Assembly (NCBI GenBank): GCA_003344405.1
Contig: NOWV01000002.1
Location: 1,178,001 to 1,242,000 of the forward strand
DNA from: Trichoplax sp. H2
Taxonomy: Eukaryota
Reading direction: 5' to 3'
DNA: 64,000 bases
This document shows positions 25,741 to 40,528 of this stretch, in pieces. A program made the position numbers and the translations under genes. How positions within the stretch are numbered: position 1 is the stretch's first letter; each line of letters opens with the position of its first letter. Under the pieces are notes generated by a model. The model had not been told where the DNA came from. It worked only from the letters and a program-made list of their open reading frames with translations, and searched no databases.

Positions 25741-26465
25741 CGATTTTTCTTACTCGTTATTGTATCGGTAGTAAGCGTCATGACTCCCATCCAATCTTAA
25801 ATGGTGATCATTTTCCAATAGTGCATGACTTAATTTCTGTACTCATCATTGCATTCTTAATCAAAGCTCTGACTCAAGACCCATTGCCAACCATGGGCTC
25901 CTTAGAATAGTTATAGATTACTACCTGCGGCAGTAATCCTTAGCTTGTCTTCGTCATTATTTTCATTCTACAAGCCATCATGAATAATATAATTCTTTCT
26001 CTTTGCCTACCTTAACAATACAATATGTTCTATAGTACTTCTGTAAATAGATGTCAAACAGTAGTAGCAAATCAAAGAGGTTACTGTCTTATAACAAAAG
26101 TCCCATTGCTATAGCATACTACAAAGTGGAAAGCTAAGGCCTTCTCCTGTGCCAATAAAGTAAAAGCATTGTCTAATAGTTTAAACGCCTAATAGTTGTA
26201 ATTTTACTCCAATCGCACTCCACCCTGACGACAGAATAGATTATTATTTCGATGATTAAGATACATCTTCGTTATCATTAGAAAACTAGATCTGCATGGA
26301 CCTACTACGCCTTGATCATGGGCGATTGCAATGCTTAGTATAAGTAAGGTTGGAAGATAGATCTTATGTCATTAAAACCATCAAAGTGTACTCTAAGTGT
26401 GAAAGAATCCATCAAGACTAGCTCGCACTCTCGATCTCACGTTATTTGGGCAAACAAGCAAGTCG

Positions 26466-29400
26466 ATGAAATTTATCTTTCGAATAGCTATTAGTTTAAC
26501 TGCCATCTTGTTAATACTGCTGCTTTATCATCAAAATCTGCAGAATAAAAAGTAAGTCAAGATATTGCTAATTAATTTTACAGTTAATCATCAATCTGTG
26601 GATGATGGAGGATATTCTCTCCCAATCGATTGTTCACGCCTTGCAGGTGTCTGCATTCTATTTCCTTCTACACTTCATTGTCAATTTTACCATCAGAATG
26701 ACCAAATCGATGGGATATGAGTATATCCCCTATCCAAAATTGGTCTTTCATTAGGAATGGACCCTAATCTATTTTGATAAAGCTGTTTCGATTGACTATG
26801 TTAGACGATTGCACAACTTTTAAGATTTTACTTTCATTACGTACCTACTCGCACTTTTATTACTAAAAATGACCAAGTCGATTAGGGTGCATGCTACTTA
26901 AAATTTTTGTTCTTAAAATCATGAGGAGTAGATCCTAGCCTACCTGATCAAACTGTTTCCATTGATCATTTAAATGAATGAACAATCTTTAGGATGATAC
27001 GGTACTTCTATTACTAATTTATGACCAAAAATAATTAAATCGATAGGATACATTGCTACGTAAAATTGAACTCTAATCTACCTTATTAAACTGTTTCCAT
27101 TGACCGTTTAGACGCATGAACAATTTTGAGGGTTACATGTTATTACCAAATTTATGGCCAAAGATAACCAAGTCGATAGGATACATGCTATGTAAAATTT
27201 ATATTCCTACATTCATAAGTCATGGGCCCTAATCAAACTGTTTCTATTGACTTTTTAAACAGGCGAATATTCTTTAGGGTTACGCTTCTATTACTAGTAA
27301 TTTCATGACCAAAGATAATCAAGTCGATAGGATAAATACTATCTAAAATTTTGTTCCTAGACTTGCAAATCATGGGCCATAATGCACGTAATAAAGCTAT
27401 TCCGATTGACTATTTATCACATTATCCTCTTTCGTTACAAAAGATAAAGTAACGATTTAAGTTGTAAAGTAAATTGATAAATCAACATTGACTCAATATC
27501 TCTCTATACTTAGTGTACTGTTGCCAAAGTTGATAAACCGGTAGATAATGATCTAGACTATTGTAATTACAGTTTACTCTATTTTTGGATTGATTACATT
27601 CGTAGATAAATCTACATCTTGCCCTGCTAAACCATATTCGCTATTCAGTTCTTGTGCTACAGGATCCATTCTGAATGATCAAACTTTTTATCATGATCAT
27701 GTCCAAGTAAGCCTATCGATTAGTTTCCTATCCTAATTCAAGCTGATCTCGACCTTACTCTAGAACAAGCAGTTCGTTGATAGGCTATCGTACCTGAAGT
27801 ACCAGCGTTGTTAGTATACGATTATATTTGAGTGTTATATCCTTTATCGTGTTGCATATTAACAAGCTACATCATGCGTTTTCTCCCCCTCTCTCTGTTC
27901 AGTACGATTATCCTTCTTTTTAAAGACGTTACCATATATGTTTATAAAATTAAAAATGAATGAATAGAGTCAACGTAGGCTTTACATAGATGTTAAAAAC
28001 CATTTAAAGGTGAATAAAATCGAAAAAATGGCTTACATCTCCCAGTTTAACGAAACTATTAAATTACCCTTTACATCATCAGATATACTGTATATTTAGG
28101 CTTGCACATACTATGCTGAGCTCGCTAGGTAATGCGAAAACATACTGTAGCCGTAATCTACTAGCTAATTGCTGCTCTAATAGTTGAACTCTCCCCGTTA
28201 AATAAAATTTATTTTAACCTGATCACATAAGACATAGTAGAGCTCTGCTAACTTCAATTTAAGCTATCTTTAACTCATTCTCTGTCAGTCGTTCATGATT
28301 GAAAATGAAAGCCAGTAAAGAAACATGGCTAAGACATCCGTAGATACAATCGTAATAGTTATTGTTAAGCAATTTATTCTTTTATTGATTCACTATAGCT
28401 CCCATAACAGAGATGATGATAAGGAAGATTCTTTGCAAAGAAAGCATTTCCCACAATTCCAGAGCAAGAAGAATAAATTATTCATCCCTCAATATTTTGG
28501 TATTAGAAAAAACTCTAGTAACTCAATGACGTTTGCTAATCATGCAAAAATAAAACCATCAGCTAGTTTCCAGCTAGATACGCAAATGATAATCCCTATG
28601 GTCATATTTTGTTCCTATCGACCTGAATATACGGTTAAGCTAATCGATTCTTTGAAGAATTTACAATTCCTCAACCCTCAAACACCATGCTTATTTGTCT
28701 TGCATAAAAGTCCCAAAGTTACAGAAGAAAGTGTGAAAGGGATGAATGATTTATTAAACAAAATTGACTTTTGCAAAGTAATCAAGTGGAGAGTGATTGA
28801 TTTGAGTAAGAATCGAACGTCAAAAGCGTTTAAAATGCATTGGTATAAGGTTGTGGCTAAAGTATTTGAAGATCGAGGTAAGATTTCATCCATTAAATCA
28901 ACACCTCTGCAAAATGTTAAACAGCTCTGTTGATTTAGACTATAATACAATTGTAATCTTATCGTTTTCATTCATGATTAGTATCTACAGATAGAGATAT
29001 TCTCTAATGTTTAACCAATTTTAGAACAATTGTAATACGTATAGTTGACTAGCTCTAGTCTCATATGACAACATCATTCAATTTTAATATCGCCAAGATT
29101 TTATAAAAAGATAGAAATCAAGGCCAGATTATAGATTATTTCCATGTCTACTATATCGATATAAACTTCTACCCATTTTGAATAAATCATTCAATAAAAT
29201 CGCGAATCCCATTCATCTTAAGCTCAAATATTCCATTATAACGTATAATTGCGACGTTATAGCGATAATAATTTGTTCATCTGTAGCGACTTTTCTACCT
29301 TAATTGATAGCATAAATTTTAATATTAATAATATCGACAATCACTACCAGTACATCAATTAGTGCTACATAGGTTTAGGTATAACACAAAATATGGCATA

Positions 29401-30910
29401 ATGCAGTACTCGTATTTATGTCTCGATATATTGTATCATGCAATAAATGATTACTTTATAGGGTAACTAATCAAAGATATAGTTCTTGCGCCCTTTTCAT
29501 TTTCTGTTAAGTACTTTAAGCTGCAGTTTTTTGTTTAGGTTAAATAAATGAAAAACCATGAGAATTCTAATGTTTTCAGCTTTAGAAATTATTATTAATG
29601 GCTTATAGCATGTCGTGCAATAGTTGTAAAGTAAAATATATAAGTACCTACGGTACGCCAAGTATAACGAGCGTGAGTTCTACTAGTATTTATATAGATG
29701 CTCTTGAGCTAAATTTGAATGTATTAAAAATTATAAAATGCATACTTTAAATTGATTCTTAGTTAAAATGTATAAAAAACGATGACTATGCATTCGCATC
29801 TTGAGTAAAATGGCACCGCCAGACATGGATAATACATTAATAACTGCATAGCTATTACAGGCTTGCGGTATGTCCTATCCTACGATTATAAATTTTCCTT
29901 CTAGCCATAATTTCTACGTACTATTAATAAACGATAATACATATTTTAAATTGATTCGTAGTTAAATAGACGAAAAATAATTATTAGAGTATCAGTCTTC
30001 TCTATATTTCAAATTTGAGTCTTGAGTAAAATAGTTCAACTAGATGTCTATAGATATAATTGATAGTCAGTATAAGGCTACGCACTCGTAAGACCTACGT
30101 ATAATTCTAATTCTAAATCTACTTTTAGATTTAATTTCAATTGTTTGAAAGTAATAATCACTATTTTAAATTGTTTCTTGTTTTCGATGGCCTGATGCAG
30201 ATATATTCCATTTGGGGCAAGTATACAGGAAAGACGTGATATTTTTAGAAGATGATATAATATTATCACCTGATGCAATTAAAGTATTTTCTTACGGGAT
30301 TCAAGCTAAGAAATCTCGACAAAGGGTTATTGCAGTTGGACTAGGTGGATGGTCGGGTGAAAACCTAATCAACGCACACCCAGATACTTTCGATATTCGT
30401 TACTCAGCTTTCTTTCCGTCAATGGCCTATGCATTTAATGCTTCTTTCTGGAAAACGATTAAAACATCAAAATTTCTAAAAATACCAAATAATGACTGGT
30501 CTGAATCACTGGGGCTTATTATCAATAGATTTATTAACCCTCGGCCATTGTTTTTGCTTCCTACATTAGGTCGTCTATGGCATGTGGGTAAAGCAGGTTT
30601 AGGATTACGTGGTGATGGATCAATCAGGCGTGATGTCCAAATTGCTGCACATTGGTTAAAATCTCCACGATTAATTAACTTGGAAACTGCCTCTGTAAAT
30701 ACTGGTATTCGGGATATTTTTGGTTTTGTATGTAAAGAATCGGAATTGAGAAACATTTTCACGATGCGATGTCTCTGTCCACAATCTTATCAACGTTTTC
30801 CACCCGATAGACGATTTGAAATTGTGTGCTATCAATTTGGCAATTATATCCGCGATCCTTGCTTAAAAAAGTTTCCTTTTCTTTACCGAGATGAAAGTCA
30901 ATGGTCGTGA
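26466..30910 (+). CDS. Type II Golgi GT-A glycosyltransferase, distantly GnT-I (GT13)/GnT-II (GT16)-like, 424 aa
   Basis: Exons 26466-26551 (MKFIFRIAISLTAILLILLLY signal-anchor), 28399-28877 (IIPMVIFCSYRPEY..FKMHWYKVVAKVF) and 30201-30910 (VIFLEDDIILSPD, FFPSMAYAF, LPTLGRLWHVGKAG). Splice phases are consistent. Confidence 0.8.
26690..27420. repeat. Degenerate 130-170 bp repeat, ~5 copies, in glycosyltransferase intron 1
   Basis: AA(G/A)TCGAT(A/G)GGATA-like and AA.CTGTTTC.ATTGA motifs recur at ~26700, 26870, 27035, 27165 and 27315. Confidence 0.7.
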
Positions 30911-32869
30911 TAAGTATTCTGACTACAAGGAGTGTTTTCAAATTTTTGGTAGATGGCATAAGGTTATTATCCATGAAAAATATTGTATATATATATATAT
31001 ATAGGAATTGTATGCTTTGTCTTATAAAATGTACAATTATTATTATTAATCATTTACTACTAAGCTTATTGATACCAAAAATGTATATGGTTTATGAAAG
31101 AGTTTACTACTAAAAATTAATGTAATGTCCGATGCTACTACATGAGTGAAATAGACATATTTGTGAATAAGTATATATCACGTTATTTAAACCTTAAGAT
31201 AACTCATAAGGTCAAATAATAAAAAGTGTTTCAAGTGCGTTGCTTTATTACAAGTCTTAAATAATTTTAATTACTATCCGAAATATTCTTATCGTTAATC
31301 ATAAAATAAGGATGACCCTGGTGGACGGTATTTCTCCTATTTATGTGTACGCGTACATGACAGTACTAATTGCTTAATAACTGGAGCGCTGAAATTGATA
31401 GCAAAATTAAACCATGAATTGTTATATTAAACTTTCAATTCTGTATAGAAATTTCCACATAGTTTGCTATTCAATGTTTCATCGAATTCAAAATTTTAAT
31501 AAAATTTCAAATAAATTACCGAGGCAGAATAACTCATTCTGTTGCCGTAAGAACTTTTCTTTGACATAACGTACCGTAATCTTCTCTAGTCAGCCTTAAA
31601 AATTTTTTAATTCGTATCGCAATGTAAAAGATATCTATCAGTCTATTGCTGAATCAAAATAATAAATTGTACCGGTTAGACAATCACACGCTTTAGAACT
31701 ATTCCATTATAAAGAGAGAATTCCTCAACATTAATTGGGGTAATTCTCCCTTCTAAGCTTCGAATATATTACAATATTGTAGTTGAAAAGGTATCAAAGC
31801 TATCAGTAAATCAAAATAGTAAATTGCCTTGGATAAAAGTCTATGAGCTTAATCTGTAATAGGCGGGTATTGCGTATAGGATAATGAAACTCTGATGTAC
31901 TGCTTCCGGCACCCCGTAATATGAAGCATAAAAATAACACAGTAGAAAAAGCTTTACATATTTCCAATTTACTGTATGTACGATAAAATTCGTGGCCCAA
32001 CGGTGTGCATCAGATATTGCAGTCATTTGTCCTGTCAAATACATTCGAATATGTAGTAATCAATTTATCTTTATATAATTTCATTTATTTAAAGAATTTG
32101 TCATTTCCTATTCGCCGATACCTTCGCAGCGTCTGTACAGTCGTCATAACGCAAAAATTTTTAAAATATCAGCCGATATTTCATGTACAGTAGATTATAA
32201 ATGACAAGTACATCATACTTGTATTTCAGCTGAACATAGTTCGGATGTAGTTTCCGATGGAGCACAATATACATGATGTGTACAGTACTTCCATTGAAGT
32301 TCGTCAAAGTAACAAGATATCTTGGTATGTACGGCACAAGCTAAATCGTACAGTGGTTGCTTATAAAGGGCACTATTTAAACTTATATCAAATCTTATTC
32401 TTGATTACGGACAAAATAGACATAGATAAAAAGAGTCTCTATTGAGTCGATCGTATCCATGTATACTAAGCCACATTTATCTAAAAAGGGTTACTATAAC
32501 CTAGAAAACGAATACTACGAAGGAATAGCAGAATCTAATACGGAGACTTTATCGGTAAAATAGACTACAGTATTTCATTATAAAGTTATACATAGCTAAG
32601 TTTCAGTACTCCTATGCAGTCACAAGAATCGGTTTGACATTATTATAAAACTATTGTTGTTGCTAAGATTTTTACTATTTTCAAAGAGATCCACTATCGT
32701 GCCTGTTCTGGAGTACCACTGTTGTTATTAAAATATTTAAAACTCGCTCGTAGTAGCCTAAAAATAGTGAAAATAGGCTCTAATTAGATTATATATACAG
32801 TAGGATATAACAAATGAAATAAAGCATCATTTATGTAAAGGAATTAATGAATACTGTAACCTACTTTCT

Positions 32870-35800
32870 TTATTTATGAGACTTGGTTGCATCTTTTGGC
32901 TTCTTGTATTCCACTTTTAATTTCTTTCCATAGACCATCATACCGTTTAATGTAGAAATTGCATGATGGGCAGACGAAGCATTGTCATAGCTTACAAAGC
33001 CTAACAGGGTAAGAAAAATTACACTTTATTGAGAGCGCAAGTGAATAACAGATACCTCAACAGCACAATAGTACTTTTGTTGTTATTATAACTAGGTGAA
33101 TGTTTATAACAAATAGCTAACATAAGCATGTTATGTAACTAGTCGAAATAATTGGAGTGGCATCTTTGAAATATTTTATGATTCATTTTATTGTCACTAA
33201 TTGTAAAAAATCTATCAATTAGTTTTTGACTTTAAACTTACCAAAACATTTACTTTGCTTCGTTATTTTATTAATATACACCTTCGCACTAACCACATTA
33301 CCATAAGGTGCAAAAATATTATGGAGGTCATAATCTGTGAACTCTGGTGGCAAATGGTAAATAAATAAATTACAGCCAGCAGGTCCTAGTCAAAAATAAA
33401 AAATTATAATTAATACTTTAACAATTATGAATGATTTCATACGTATTTCTTAGTTATAATAAAAACAGGATCAAAATTGCAATTACCTTCCTTAGGGGAT
33501 ACTGTACTCGCCGAAACCGAAGCAGCATTGTGATTGAAAGGTGCATATTGGGCTATCAAATATTTGACTATGTATGAGTATTATAGGTATCTCAGTACAA
33601 ACAGTAATAGAGTACAAATGCTCACTTACCACTGTAGGGAGATTGAATTTGATCCACCAATCCGTTAATGTTAATTTGATACCCAGGGAAGCCATATCCA
33701 ACAGCACCAGCAGATCCGGTAACAACATTAGAGTTGTTTTGAGTCGTTGTTGCTAAGGAACGATTCGATAACAGCTAGTATTAATATTATTTTATAGCTA
33801 CAATTTATAACAAATCCCGGAAAATAGATTACTGCATGACTAATAAATAACCGTTGACTTTGTGTTTATAATGATGAAAGTATCACCATATGCGTGTAAG
33901 TAAAAACGAATAAGATGATTTATTATTTCTATTGCTGTAAAGTTACCAGGAAAAGTAACTGAAGTTTGGGGGTGAGACATTGAGGTTGAATTATGCGAAT
34001 GACTTCCAGCATTAAGTCGGTGATTAGCTGTATATTGACCCATTAATCCTACATGTACACCATAATTTTGATTGGAGTTATTTTGTTGCTGCATAGCTGG
34101 TTGAAGGGCAAACTGTAAAATAAATGTGATCGTTACCATGTGATATACGCATGACAATACAGGTAAAAAAATTTGCTATGTAAAGAAAGAGCTGTTTCAC
34201 AATTGAAAGCGAGACTATATATAAAAGTAGTACCGCTGAAAGTAATGAAATTTCATATCGTGCGATCAACAAAGTAGCAAACAGTAAGTATGTCTGATAC
34301 TTCAGAGTACGTGTTGGTGTTTGTGATTTACAGCTCCAAGTTTTAATTAAAGTTGTGGTTGTGAACTGTTAGATGGCATAAACAAATTCTAGCGAGTGTT
34401 GTAGCTCACTCGTATAATAGTATAAATAATTAATATTAGCTTACCTGCCCATAGGATCCATAATTATTATACTGCGGAGCATATGATGCATATTGTCGAC
34501 CGAAATTTACGATATGATTATTCGATGCATTTTTTTGCATCTTTCTGATATATTTATCTTTTTCTGTATCAGCAAATTTAACTACCAACTGATGAGATGC
34601 ACCCTGTAAATGTATAACAATAGAATATGAGTAGTTAAGGCAATACTCATAATATCTACACTAAATGTTAAATACTTTTACTTACAGGCATATTACGGCT
34701 ACCATGTAAATTCTGAATAGCTACTTGAGCTTCAGACTTAGTCGAAAATTTTACAAAACCACATCCTAGCGACAGGCAAATAAATAAGTTATTTTGAATG
34801 GAGAAAGCTGCTATCCCGTTAACCTTTTTATTTAACATATTCGTAATAGTTATACTCTATTTACCTTTACTAGAGCCGTCTATAGCTCTCAAAATAGTTA
34901 CTTCTTCAATGCTACCATAGGGTGAAAACATAGATTTTAATTCATTTTCATCATCTAATTTACCCAACATTCCAACGAACAATTTTCTTTCTTCTATAAA
35001 AATATCAGAGAAATCATTTCAACTTGGTGATAGATTCATACGAAATAGCAACTAAACATCATTTATGGTACTTGCTGTGGTAAGCTGACAACGCAGTGAT
35101 AGTAATAAGTAAAGTGTTTTATTGTGATTTCTGTATAATGGCTAAGTCTATTTTTATCATTGTTGAATAATAGAATTTTACCACTTCCTCTTATTGCTAT
35201 AAAATTAAAACCGAAGTGTTGATAATCTCTTAAATAGTGGACAGTATTTACATTCTGAAATGTTACCTCGATTTTCACAGTCCGCTGGCTTAACTTGCAT
35301 TGGCCTTGGCATCTTAATATATCAAATATAGTATATTATTAGTACGATTAAATTCTATTTGGTATAAAAACTACCCTAAACCGCATCTAAAAAATGTCTC
35401 AATAACCATATTGATCTTAGAATTTGTCTCGATTAGGCTCATTTCTTAAATGAATATAAAATTTAATATCATTTGCAATCATAATCAGAAATAACACTGT
35501 ATCGGCGATGGCACCTAGAATTGTATAGTATTTATTAATTAATTTTTAAAAAGCTATGAAATCCTTGTTAAAACTGCAATTGATTGATAAATATTTTGCA
35601 AAGGCATTCAACTTTCGAGCCATCTTCTTTGTATAGATTTTAACTACTAAAGTGTCACGCCAGAATTGCAAGGTCAAAAATTGACTAGGGTATTTACAAC
35701 ATTTCCAAATTAAATAAAACTATTAAAAAGTTTTACTATTGAAGATAGAACATAAAACTACTTCGTGATATATTATCTTTTTGCAGTAAATTGTAATCAT

Positions 35801-38800
35801 TGCTATATTTGTATTATGTGGATTATTTCGCTTGATTTCATTATCACTTGGGTTTCTATAATTTATCGTTCTTTGAATAAATTTTCTTTCGATGCTTATT
35901 ACTGCTAATTTAGTTCACTTATACGCACATGTCAACTTGCATGGAAGATTATCGACAGTTTAGATCTGTAAACAAATTTTAACTTGCAGTTTGACGAAAA
36001 CAACTTACTCCTGATAAAACTTTCTTTTCATGGAAAGCTGACTGAGCAGCTTCGGCACTAGATTTCTTACAATATGTTACAAAAGCACATCCTAAAACAT
36101 AAAATAAAAGCATAGAAGAATGGAAAGATTACTTTTATGCAGAGTACAGTCATCGAAAAATATAAAACAAAAATAAATTAATCCTCTTCATTAGTATCAT
36201 TAACTGAATGACTTTTACATCAATAACTACTATAACAATATTGGTCTGTACTTGTACGTTAATGTATGAAAATATCAGTTTTAGCCCAAAGTAATGTCAA
36301 TGTTGGCAACGTGAATTTCCGTAATTGCTAACTTAACCTATGCATCTAAGAGGGAAGAGATGATGTACCCATACCAACAGCGAACGATGCCACGAATAGT
36401 ATAAAGAACTGTGCCTATTGCAATCCTGAAATTGTCATAGTGTTATGTGCAGCATCCATATAGTATGCTACGGTATAGTAATCGTTGCAACAATTATGTG
36501 ACTGATCTTTAAAGAAAGCCTAAACGGAAATAAGACAATCTAGGCACTCACTGTCATATAATTTGCAACATTTTTAATTGGAAATTGTCGTTGTGTAACA
36601 GTTATCTAAGTTAATGATTTGAAATAGACTTTACGACACTAAACTGGCCAGATTACAACACGATGTAATATTTTCTCTTTTCATAAAGTCTCTTAATTAT
36701 TGACTTTACAAAGACAGTGATACGAACTTAGTATCAGTTGCTCCGTTGTAGATTGCTAAATATAAGGTACATAAAACCGTTAAATTCAATTCTCAACAAA
36801 CAAGAATGCCTTGTTGAATCGATGAAATGAAAAGCACTAAGCATGCTACTTACATTATGCAGTCAAAGACTGCTAGCAATATATCAATGTCATTTTAGTA
36901 GCCTATGGTACAGCATATTGTATAATGCGTAACCCCCCAAAATTGAAGATTTCTTTTCGATATTGTAGTTGTAGTCTACTGTAGCATGGATTCAATTACA
37001 CCGTCTATACAGGCTACAGCACAATCCATAGTAGTACAAACTGCATTTTATCATGCTGCGTCATGACAACCTGTCAAATTCAATTTTGAAGCTGTAGTGC
37101 TCATGAATAAGAAATAATTGCAGTATTTCGTTCTACAGATAAATCGGTTTATTTATACCTATCCTGATTTTATTATTTTTTATAAGATAAAGTGGTATGT
37201 TTCTTTCGGAGCTTTCTATGACTTCATTTTCATCCATGGAGTAGAGTACAGTGATAATTAATGATTTTCTTGCCTAGCTTACTCATTTTTTCCTAGGCTC
37301 CAATTGCTCTCCGTATTCGATTGATTGTAATAATAGGGCATGCGCTCATCAGTGAAGTTAGGAGAATAACGCAGCAGGGAACCAGGGAGTTCTTGTCATT
37401 AATTCAAAAATGCATTTAAATGCAGTTATAGCTGATGATGTTGTACAATAAGGCAGATTGTAGAATTTATCTGACTAAAGTTAATCCGTGCTCCAGAATC
37501 CATCCTGACACGATCTATATTAATGGCCTGTCATTGTAATAGCGAGAAGACTAGGAGATTGATTTAATCATTACTCAATTAAGTTAAGAGAAAATTAATG
37601 ACCCTATACTCAAGTATTTGATCAATAATTAAATATCTATCTCTATATATATACTGTATAATATAATTGTAATAGCCATTGGCTTCTTTGTAGGCGCATG
37701 TATTTTCCAATACTGAGTCCGTTACGCTGTTCCTAGGTGTGATCATTGGACCAAACGGTACAGTACTGCCTGACTGTGGATTAGAATTACAATACGTGCA
37801 CAACAGTGGTCACTTTCGTATCGGGCACAGTATAGGTAGTCACGCGTAGTCGCTCAAGAAGGAGAAACAAGTCAAACTTGACCATGGCTAATCATGAATT
37901 GTATGATTCTTGTCAAGGCTGGATAACGTCTACTACAATATGCAGTATCCGGCATTTAGTGCTTGCAGATCTATGGTAGCCGATTGTGATGGAGAAATAT
38001 CGTCAAGGAGATTTGACTAGGTGCAATCTGATGCAGAACACACTTTGATACTTTGTTTCGTTTTTACAATGCACATTGGACTTCTTTGATTGGCTGCAGC
38101 AACACGCTGGTGAGCCACAGTCCTTCCAGTCCAGTACAGTACTGTAAGGCTGCTACTGTACTGTAGCGTTGAGTGAAAAAGCTCTTTCAAAGTGTTGACT
38201 ACAGTACTACAATGGACTGTAGATTTTCTATTTGTTCTGGGGGTCCATGCGACGATGGGACCATGCAAGAGATTCTTTTTCTACAGAATCAGATCCTCAA
38301 TAAATTTTTAATTTTCAACAGCAAATAATTTCCCTTTTGTCGTTATTATCAAGGCAAATGATTGAAGAATGAAAACGGTGTTCTGACGAGATCTGGAATC
38401 AGTATCCGATTGCAAGTTATTCCAACCACGGATGATTGCAGACAGGAGACCTCGACAACAAAAACTTGGCGATTCTGCAATGCTCTCTACTGTATAGTAC
38501 AGGACAATATTACAGTACAAAACTTAGTTGATTATTTAGCTGTTCGAGTGGCAGTGAGATTAGTCAAACTAGACATCGTCGTCTTCAAGTTCACCGAACC
38601 TACAGTACTCATCGTACATGACCAAACAGTACTTTTACGATGGCGACACAGTGTCGTCAAGATCGAGCCAAGAAAGCATACCGTAGTTGGCTCAGACAAA
38701 TATTTGTCTCAATTGTCACATGTTACTGTTGAAACTCAGTCTGGAACTGCAAAGTGCTGACACTATTCTTCCCTAGTGTACAGCAGCCGGCAGAAGTGCC

Positions 38801-40046
38801 TACGACTGCGTACAGTCTACTATACTCTATGTCCAGAGTGAATTGCAGCACTGGCAGTGCAGCAGTTTGGACTCGTTCCATTATGACAATGCCACCAATT
38901 CAGCCTTCATACTGTACTAAGACTGACTGGGAATCGTGCACACTGCACTGTGCAGTGGCATTAACACATTGATTACAAGGGGCATTTCTAAAAAATGATT
39001 CATCAAAAAATTCTTGTCCAAAAAATGAATTGAAAGTGAGGAGTTTGACCCTCACTAATCTACGTGTAGGGTCTGCTTGGTGTCTATCTATTTTCCATGC
39101 TTGTAAGTTACTGTACTCTCTGTGCAAATGGTGATCACTGGCATGAAACAAACAGTGGATCGAGTGTTGTCAATGCTCAGACTTTACAATTATTCAGATG
39201 ACGTCTAAAAGTTGTTCACAACCCTTACAGTGTCTTCAAGCACAATATCTCGTATGCTATACTGTCTGCCGCACCATCAATGATACACAACGAATCGCAA
39301 AACCAAAGGACATGACAGTCTTTGAAGATAAAGCCAACACTGCTGTACAGCTTGTGCCTATTGTTGCAGACAGTATACTGTACGGAACATCAAGTCATCC
39401 ATTAGAACTGTCCATGGTTGGGTCTACAATATCATTCTTTCCTCCATATCAAGATGCAAAATCACTTCTTTACAGGCGATACTGTTCTCTACTGTGGAAT
39501 GATCGTTGCTGACCAACAATACATCTATCATTAAAATGCCAATGATATACGCACAGATGTGTCGAGATGAAGTATTTTAAATGCTATAACAGCAGCACCA
39601 GTTTCCATCATTTTTTTACTTGACTACAGTCTACTGTATACTATCGTTTTACAAAGTTATTGGGTCACTTGGGTGTCTCTAATCTCGACTTTCGTCATGC
39701 ACTATACTATAGTAAAAAGACTAGGGATGAAGTGAAATTGATATTATCAGCTCGTAAACTCATGAGCAAGTGGCCAATGCATGTTGAATCGCTTATGCAT
39801 CTACTTGTTTAACCTACCTTTATGTTGTTTGGTAGTTCGATCTTTGATAACAGCTAACTCGTAGATCGGACCAAATTGATCAAATAATGAATGGAGATCT
39901 TCTTCCGTACAGTCGCGTGGCAGTTGACCGACAAACAATTTGATTGCGTCCTTATCTTTTACGGCGCTTGTTATTTGTAATGAATCATTTCCATTGCTAT
40001 CGACGGATGTTGTCGGTCCATTACTACTGTTACCAGGTGCTGCCAT
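32870..40046 (-). CDS. CELF: CELF/Bruno-like RNA-binding protein, CELF3-6 clade (3 RRMs)
   Basis: Eleven exons from 40046-39818 to ~33000-32870. RRM1 [49 protein letters not shown]2 [36 protein letters not shown]3 [42 protein letters not shown]. Confidence 0.96.
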
Positions 40047-40508
40047 TACTCACTTTCGCTGACTGACTCTTGGAGTCGCTTCCTATCACCTGATAATTAT
40101 GTACGTAATTTGCAAGATCTGCGATGACAGCGATGCGTGTTATCGACTATACTGTAACTTTGGAACACAGTACAGTATTATCCAACACAGCTACAGTAAA
40201 AGTTAGCTTGAACAAAGTGTCTACTGTACACTACTACAGTACTGTACTACAGTACAGTAGCGACTCCACTCAACGTTGAAATTGTACCGTACTGTAGAGA
40301 TTGGATTACCCGCTGAAAAGAAAAATGAGTACAGTACTGCAGTTTTCCGCCACCACGGTGACACAAAGTACAAACGTGCCAAAGTGCACCACTAGTCGAC
40401 GACTACACCACAAGCGAGTTCAGCCGATAGCAGTCTACCGGTCCTACAGTCTCCACTACAGTCAAGCACAAGTACTATGCCACTAGCAAAGCACTCTGCC
40501 ATTCAGAT

Positions 40509-40528
40509 CACGTGGTGTACTGACGTCA
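40509..40528. promoter_or_regulatory. Adjacent E-box (CACGTG) and full CRE (TGACGTCA) upstream of CELF
   Basis: CACGTG at 40509-40514 and TGACGTCA at 40521-40528, ~470 nt upstream of the CELF ATG. Motif match only. Confidence 0.35.

Noticed and set aside
38017..39512. Cluster of 70-132 aa ORFs in CELF intron 1 (possible nested gene)
   Set aside because: No recognisable domain, overlapping frames on both strands, no coherent splice model.
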